51,313 bases of DNA from Paraglomus brasilianum (taxonomy: Eukaryota). Made by a program: the position numbers and the translations under genes. Under the pieces are notes generated by a model. The model did no database searches and had not been told where the DNA came from. It saw nothing but the letters and a program-made list of their open reading frames with translations. This document shows positions 39,596 to 51,313 of this stretch, in pieces. The stretch lies in assembly GCA_910592345.1 (NCBI GenBank), contig CAJVPI010000124.1, positions 1 to 51,313 on the forward strand, in the 5' to 3' direction. Every line of letters begins with the position of its first letter. Positions within the stretch are counted from its first letter, which is position 1.

Positions 39596-39736
39596 ACCCA
39601 AAGATTTTGACATTTTATATCCTTTTTCGTCAACTACAAAGCCGTGTGAAAGAACTTGCTGATAAGGCGCTTGGTTGGTTAAGATAACCGAAGTAATCAG
39701 TGAAGAGTTAAATCAGCCCCGAAATTGGTCTTGACC
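39596..39736 (-). pseudogene. ileS: Fragment of bacterial-type isoleucyl-tRNA synthetase (KMSKS region) with TGA at the conserved Trp
   Basis: Translates as GQDQFRG(TGA)[39 protein letters not shown], matching the IleRS pattern GxDQxRGWF...APYxxVxxHGFxxDxxGxKMSKSLG. Confidence 0.85.
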
Positions 39737-41522
39737 TTGTTGTAGTAGTAACAGCCAATGCCCAACAACTGAGAAAATATGGTAGTATTCTCTATTGTTG
39801 ACATTGATAGGTTGAAATATGAAAATGCCTCCATGACATACTTTGGGAGCTCCTTGCTATATTCATCAAGCTGATCATCCATGTCCCCAACGCCCGAGTC
39901 ACAAAGTTGTTACCTGTCGAATCAGCTGCTGGGAGTTTCAGTTGCAGCTCCCGCATTTGTTGTCGCGTCTCGTCTTAAGCTCGACCTCCTGCGTCTCCAA
40001 CATATCCAACTCTTTCTTTTCCGCGACGCTAAGTTCGGTCTTGATGCTCAGTTCCTCCGATCTCTCCAGCTTCGCCTTCACGTTGTCTGGTATGCCTGTT
40101 GAATGGTTGTAAAGTTTGTGTTGCTCTAATATATGCTGATTCGGTGGCTTAATCAATGACGTATTAGTACACTCACCACTACTACCAAATAAAATAGATT
40201 TTTTCGAAAACCTCTATCGGCTGTATCTACTAAGCAAATAACATGATCTTTGCACCATTCAAGAGCTAATTAACTATACTTTTCGAAAAACGCACTAACG
40301 AGTTTATCCAACTAATTGTAATAAACCTGTGTTTCGATACATATGTTACATATATGTGTTCATATGAAAAATGTACGTGTAATCCATTACTGCAAAACTT
40401 ATTGTTACTTGTATAGTAATAGTAAATACGAATAATACAAATTTTCGAAAAAATAGATACTATTGATGGGCAAAAACCGGCAAATACATTTTGGTAGTGA
40501 GTGTATATTAGGAACTTTCTAGACATTTCGGATATTTATTATAAAAACAGCACTGGTTAAACTTGCTTCAGAAATCAACCACAACTCGTTGAAACAATAC
40601 ATCGTTTTCAAAGCAATAAAAACAAATAACACTACGAAAAAAATGCTTACATTTACAAGCGAATTCTTTGTTGGAGTATTTATTGGCTTCGCTCTCGGCC
40701 TGTGGCTAAATGTAATAGTCGGCCTAATAATATGGGAGCTTTAATTTCAAAGGATGAAGTTACAATCCATAATAATAACAAAACTGTCAGCGGCGAACAA
40801 AATTTACTCGCGAAAAGTTGTGGAACGATCTAAACGAATCGGATCCATAATAAAATGGTGTTTGAAATTCACAAGTTAGTTGGTGAAGGAAAAGTTGCAG
40901 CTTCCACAATACGAAATTTTTATCTTCGACGAGCGACTCCGCGGAAAAAGACCAAAGAATTAGGTTATACTCATCAATGGCGAGTATTTTCCTCCCAATT
41001 TAAATTATCCCAAGATCCCTATCACCTTTGCATCCAACCTCTGAAACTCCAGAACTTAACCAAAGTTGGATTGTTCATTCTACACTTTTTTTTGTGTAAG
41101 TTGTATATTGGAAAGATCACATAGAAGTGTTTCAACTAATTGTCAATGAATTATTAATTAGTCGATGAAGGATAATAATAACAACGATAATGATAGTTTA
41201 ACATATATTGATTTCGAGATAATGCTAGTATACTTCACAAGTACAGCAGTCCTCGACGTTTTGGGTGTTGGGAGGCTTTATTTCCTCGTAATTACACCGC
41301 TATTCATTTCTCTTCTACTATCCTTAATTTTTGCTTAGTAAGACTTTATTGAAACCGTTGAAACTATGGCTTCTGATTACCGTTGACCAAACCATAAAAG
41401 TTAAACGAATACAACCCATCCCCCCCCCCCCTGGAATTAATTTAACATTGATCCGCTGCTTTTCATTGAAAATACTGCGCGAAATTAATGATAATCATTA
41501 ATTCTGAATAACTGTTATTAGT

Positions 41523-44279
41523 CTAACAGACACCATAAGTCTTTTCCGTTTTGTTTTTACTTCCCTTAAAGGCGAGCGTGGCATGCTTGAGGAGGGTCCA
41601 TCGCTGTGAAGCAGAACTGTATCGGTCGGAATAAAAACAAAAGCGGTTATTGTCGGTCAACATGACGTTTAACGAATCAAGAACCTATGAAGTAACATAA
41701 ATAGCATATGGTCTCTTATACCTACCGCATAGTTTGAATCGCACTTCGATCCATCTTATCCAAAAGTGATAGAGCCATTTTTATATCCTTTAATAATAAT
41801 TCACAACGAACATGTGTAAAGTCCTCCTACATGAGATTTGTAGAAAAGAATTGTAAATTGATAAATGGTTCGCATTCAAAACTGTGAAATTATTATGTAA
41901 AATGATACCCACCCGCAAGACAACACGAAGTAACTTTATATGTTCAGCATGGGGTGCCATAGTATACGCGGGAACAACCCACCCGCGTTCACGAAGTCTG
42001 GTTGCAAGATCAAACTTGGTAAAGATAGTTCCAGTTAATCTCTATAGTGCGCTCACAAACAACGTTTCCCGACTTTAAACGAGTCATAACCATATCATCT
42101 ATTCCGGTCGCACTTTCTCTCTCTTTCCGAATTTCATACCTCATCGTAATTCATCTTTTCGTTGTGTTTAAACCTGAACGCAACAAGTGGTAGGCCCTTT
42201 CCGTTTCTTTCACTTAAAATCTCAAACCTTCCCGTATCTTCCAACATCTTCGCGAGGCGATCAGCATGTCTTGTGATGTTTCCCATGATGGAGGTAAAGC
42301 CTTTTCGGCCAAGACGAATGAGAATGTAATATTGTGCAATCACATGCGATGCACCTTTTGAAAAATTCAATGTGAACGATGCCTGTTAAAATGAGAGCAA
42401 GAAGTAAATAAAAGCTGCAGTACACGCGATTATATATACTTTGAACTGAAGAATTCTCGCTCGTCAAATTTTGTCCATCCCATAATTCTCGTACCTGATC
42501 AGCCCCCAGGTAATTGATATTAAATACCAAATCTTTTGGCAAATATTTTGAGCTTCTCCATATAGCCCATCCAATACCGGGATAACACAGTCCATATTTG
42601 TGCCCAGAGACATTAATCGATTTGACTAACGGCAATCGGAAATCCCATAATAGATCAGGTTTCACAAATGGTGCTACAAATCCACCCGATGCTGCATCGA
42701 CATGGATAGGGATCTCCACACCCGTAAGCGCTTTTTTGGCTAAGAGAAGATCGTTGACTGCCTTCACGTCTTCATAATGTCCGGTGTATGTTGAGCTGTG
42801 TGTATATGAGATGGGAATAGAATGGGAAGAGGAAAGAAAGTGGGCGACGGCGACATAATCAAAATAGAGTTGTCATATCCCGATTGAGACTGAGCAGAGA
42901 TGAAATAAAGACTTGCCCTAAAATTACGCATATGCCTATGGTGTTCTCATCAACAAGCTCAACTGCCTTTTCGGGTAACAAAGTGTATTGACCTTCAGAG
43001 CAGTATACATAACTCTCTTCGACGTCAAAATATCTGCAAGCTATCAATTAATCCAAGAAACAAAACAGCAACTGTCAGATCGTGTTTTTAAGACCATGCG
43101 GACATTTCCTTCCCTACAAACGAACGAACCTTTCTCCCAGCATACTTGTACATTAGAACCCATAATCAAGTTGGGTTTATCAGTAGACAATCCTCGCGCG
43201 CGTCTTTGTTCTTGCCATCTTCGTTTCATAGCCAATACGGCGAGCATGATTGCTTCTGAGGATCCGACAGTAGAAACGCCCATCGCTTCTTGGCTTGGAT
43301 TGTCTACTGGAGCGTGAAAGAGACGTGCAATGATGTTAACGCAGCGATTCTGTAGATATTTTACAGGACAGTATGTAAAAGAAAGTCGGATGAGTGCATT
43401 GATGCGATATGGTAAATCAAGTTTTTGCTAACAGATACGATGCTTCAAAGTTTACTATGCTGATCAGTAATTCTATATCATTACGAAAAGATTTAGACAT
43501 AGTAAACAAGCTTATTCTTTTTTTCATCCGTCCATCAGTAGATTGATATACATGCGAGTACAAAACTATCCCCACAAGTATTTACACAATTAGGAAACGT
43601 GTCGTTCATCAATTCACCTGAATTTCAACCGACATCGGGTATTCTTCGAAATCAATAAAGTTTTTGGAGATGTTCTCGGCCATGAGCTTTTCAGCTTCCT
43701 CTTCCATATAAGTTGTTACAAATGACGCCAAATTTAGTGTTGGCTTGCTATCGAGCTGTGGTAAACAAATAGTCGCGTTCGTAGTGAGACATAATAGCTC
43801 GCGTCTTGGCAAATGAATACAACTGACTCTGTAGTTACCGCCAAGTCATCTTTGATCAACTTATATGCAACCTTGGTTAGGTGTTGCAATGATTAGTAGA
43901 TCGCATCACACAAGCGAAAGATACTTTAATTTAATTTAATTCTTTTTTTGAGTCCTACTTGAGGTGGCATTTCATCTTCTGGTAGTTCGAATCTACGTTA
44001 ATAAGATAAAATTTTAATTACTATAATTGTAGCATACAACAAGTGAGTGGTCATATCAATAATATAATACCTCGGAATGGGTTGATCCGACCATCTACTA
44101 CCATAAACAGTGGTTGAGTAAACCTATATGATATTTATTGTAGCAGATATAATATTACGATACATTGGTTGACTCTCGAATCTTATTTTGTGTTGTCTCA
44201 CCATTTCCGATGCTTCACCCTCACATTCACCTTCTTCCGCCAATCTACTGTCAGAAATTGCATTACTCAGAAACACCAT
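41523..44279 (-). CDS. GAD1: Glutamate decarboxylase (PLP-dependent)
   Basis: [57 protein letters not shown] (PLP Lys), [14 protein letters not shown], ending KTYGVC*. About 10 introns, including one GC-AG. Confidence 0.95.
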
Positions 44280-46130
44280 CTTTTGATTCAGAAGAAATAC
44301 GATTTCTCATTTTTTTCGAGGCTTGGGCACATTCTTTTTATATATTGTTCGTGAGAATGAGGCTGACCATTTGATATTGTAATTTAATTAATTTGCCTCC
44401 GTTTAAGGTTTAGCGGGATCTTGCATCTAATCGATTTTTGTTATTGAACTAACTAAATCGAGCGCCAAGCTATGCACGATGCGCTAAGCCAGTTTTAACT
44501 CGCTTACAGGGTAGAACAAAGATGCTATGACACATATAAGTCAAAACGGTAATGATAATAATACTCGCTTATCTGTCTGAGAAAGGCTAGATTAAAGATC
44601 CCATGATTAGATATGAGATGGGGAAGGCGCGAAGGATGAATGGCTGCAACTAGAGATTTCAGAGACTGTGAGTGCCGGATGGTCTGAGAACCGAGCTATG
44701 CATTGGGATTGGTGGGAGATAAGAGAAACAGTGACTATTTAGAATAACTGGATTCTTTCCCGGAATTACTCGTGTTACAAATTCAGACGCAGTGTTCAGA
44801 TTCTTAGTGCGACCTCCCATTTTCTACATGTTCCATCCAATGTTCCAATGTACTATAATATTAACATACTGATTATTCCGGTAATCAGAAATGAAGTCTC
44901 AATATACTCGAACCCTAATTATTATAAATGAATCATTAACCATATCGATCGGATCGAAGAAACATACTACAGACAGATTATTATTATCAAAAATCGATAT
45001 TCCCTCACGGTAATTTGCCTAGCACTGCTGTTATATGCGCGATGCAAAGTATTTGGTTATTTTAGATTTTATCGGCCTTGAAATAGACATTAAAAGGCTA
45101 GCATTATTATTACGGCATGCTTTAATATTACCGTTACTAAAGTTTGTATTACGTGAACAACAGACGCGCTTTTTACGCTTATCAAGTAACGTCCGTCGCG
45201 TTTCAGAATTTATAATTAAACACAACAGGTCAAATACATGTATATGCATAATATAACGTAATATTTTATGGTAGACTTGTTCTAAAATGAACGTAAATCA
45301 TGGTTTGAAATTTTCCAAGTAAAAATTTCCCTTTTACCTTATCACAATTTATTATCAAGAAACAGCTCCCGCTTTTTGACATACAGAGTGACAATTATTA
45401 ATACAGACAACAGAAAATAACAGTTGAGCGATTATGCAAGGTTGAATTTGTGTGGCATATTTAAAGCAACATACAGTAATTTTACACGCACAATTTTCAG
45501 TTGCTCTAAACAAATTATGAATTTACAGTGACCATGAAGGGGAAATCTTTCATATTAGAGATAAAAAAATCGAGGCGCCTGTGACTCACAATGATTGGGA
45601 CTACAAGGTGAGTCAATTATTACGGAAAACTCCTGATTGATGACTATTGTTATGATTTCAACGCATAAATTGTATATGGTTTTCGTTTTAAGGCAGAATT
45701 TATGTTCGAGTGACATCATAAGAGAGTTGAATTATAATTATATATCGAGCGAGATTGGGAAAAGTTGTTGACGTCAATTCATATAACTGCAACATACCCG
45801 TCACCTAAGAGTGCGTTCAGTGAATTGCGCGTTCCTTCTCTTTTGAAAAGCATAGTAAAAATCGTCGCGGGCATTTGTGTTCTTCAGTCTGTACAATATT
45901 GCTATTTAAAAATACTCTTATCTTGTAATAAGTGCATTGTCATATGACCTTAACTTTCCCATTGTATTATTTATATTATTGCTATGTACAAGACTAACTT
46001 ATCAACCAAAGCCAACTTTCAAAACCTAGTCTCAATTGCAAATTCTGTTTTCTAAATAGACGTCTAACAATCGATGACTTCTTAATTCTATATCCATTAC
46101 ATCCCGACTTTTTAAAGCGTCGTGCGCTCA

Positions 46131-49970
<3,840 letters not shown>

Positions 49971-51313
49971 TTGAGGAGTCAAATATGGCGGAGACAAAAT
50001 TTCATGACCCATCTCTCAACTTATTACTACGTGAAACAACTAGAAAGTTATTGAAACAGTGCAAAGCGAAAGCTTCTTCGTAACTGTAAAGGGAGCCGCT
50101 AAAAACGCGTCGATACGGAACTTCTATCTTTTTATACTTCGTGCATTCCTATCCTCAGATCTGGTTACACACATACTGTAATGAAACGCCACAAATTGAA
50201 ATTTAGCGGGTAGCTTACATATCGGGGGTCGATCTTCTGGTACAATCTCTGTAAACAAGTAATTAAGACATTCATTGTAAACTATCAGCATCCCGGACGT
50301 TTGTATGATTGGCTGGAATTCAATTGTGTAACATTATAGATACGAATTTTTTATACAGTTCCAGTTGATTAGAACAAGCAATTTCGACAATCTTAGACGG
50401 CAGAATGGAAATATTTCAAATGCTATTTGTGGAGCAGAAGGGTTGAAGTAAGGTTCCGAAGATTTACTGAAGACGCTTATCATAAAGCTATGCAGCATGG
50501 AACTTTAGCTTCTACATGGGTATTAAAAGTTAGTCAGTTCTGTCATAGTCATTGAATTGAGCTTCCGGATTTTACATCGAAAGTCAAATTCACCCAATGT
50601 CAATTCTTTAATAGGAATACAATTTAATCGTATGATTCAATGGTATCGAGTACACGATGACATAATTGATTTTTAACAGGGTATGTTGCATAAATTACCT
50701 TAATCGCATAACTTGTGTTTCTAGCGATGCATATATCGTACCGTACTGTTTGTCGATGTTCCATTGACTGGATCGATAAACTAGTGCAGACTGACGCTTG
50801 ATAATAACATTTTCTTTGGGATTAATCAAATATGTATATAATGGGTGGGTATTAGTATTAGTATGTGTGTCTATATAATGAAGGTGATTGTAGAGAGTGG
50901 AGATTATAGAGAATTGAACACAACAGAATTAAAACAGGGAGGATCTACTATCCAATATTTCATTCTAATAATAATCCATAATATTCGAATTCGTACGACC
51001 TGGCAGATTATCTTTAGACATCGCCCGTGATTCCGTAGCACGTGTTCTGCATGCTCTCCGCTGTAGGCTTTATTATTATTAATTCCTCGCAGTACAAAAT
51101 ATCTATATATGCTATATGTAATTAATTTTTCACCGAACTATATTATGATATATGTAACAGTCTTACTTTGCCGTCTTTGTCGCCTTTGCGGGAGTTCGTA
51201 ACTTATTTAGCTCTATTGTTTGGGAAAACTCCTCATCCCCAATTATCTTATCTTTGAAGATTTTAGACTTCTTAGAAAGTATGTTTGTCATCCGCCCTAC
51301 ACGTTCTACGAGA

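Larger units (their letters stand above)
37770..40160 (-). pseudogene. Decayed intron-containing gene or repeat of unknown family, with insertions
   Basis: Exon-like blocks with GT/AG boundaries, an in-frame TGA at 38200-38202 (FQKCCWIDAVYLKSGSHTNTGYAFL*FLEG), frameshifts, a roughly 28-nt T run and near-total CpG loss. Confidence 0.5.

Noticed and set aside
44669..44760. GGTCTGAGA motif like a fungal TPP riboswitch
   Set aside because: The GAAC.TGATC...TAAT core is missing, and it is not in a thiamine gene.

Overview
Eukaryotic, intron-rich, AT-rich fungal DNA. It is probably an early-diverging Mucoromycota/Glomeromycotina fungus, inferred from gene style, short GT-AG introns, TE relics and an endobacterium-like insert. 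It holds 14 recognisable genes, in order: a 5'-truncated large GTPase-Cys/His-repeat-VWA protein, a DnaJ co-chaperone, an FLVCR-like MFS transporter, RPB5, OLA1/YchF, a KH-domain FUBP-like protein, transaldolase, a small uncharacterised CP-motif protein with signal peptide and RDEL, a Prx5-type peroxiredoxin, a divergent PHO84-like transporter, PRP18, COX6, glutamate decarboxylase and a HELLS/LSH-type SNF2 helicase. Tc1/mariner/pogo-type relics and MITEs lie between genes, and there is a CpG-depleted pseudogene zone at about 37.8-39.9 kb. Main findings: (1) a 141-bp bacterial-type isoleucyl-tRNA synthetase fragment that reads only with TGA=Trp, suggesting DNA from a Mollicutes-related endobacterium inserted in the fungal genome; (2) a predicted ER-luminal protein with 8 Cys-Pro heme-regulatory-like motifs next to a peroxiredoxin; (3) a candidate U12-type intron, a structured RPB5 intron, a putative dual-start mitochondrial OLA1 and a phosphate-transporter paralog with altered binding residues. 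Exon structures were assembled by eye and no database searches were run.
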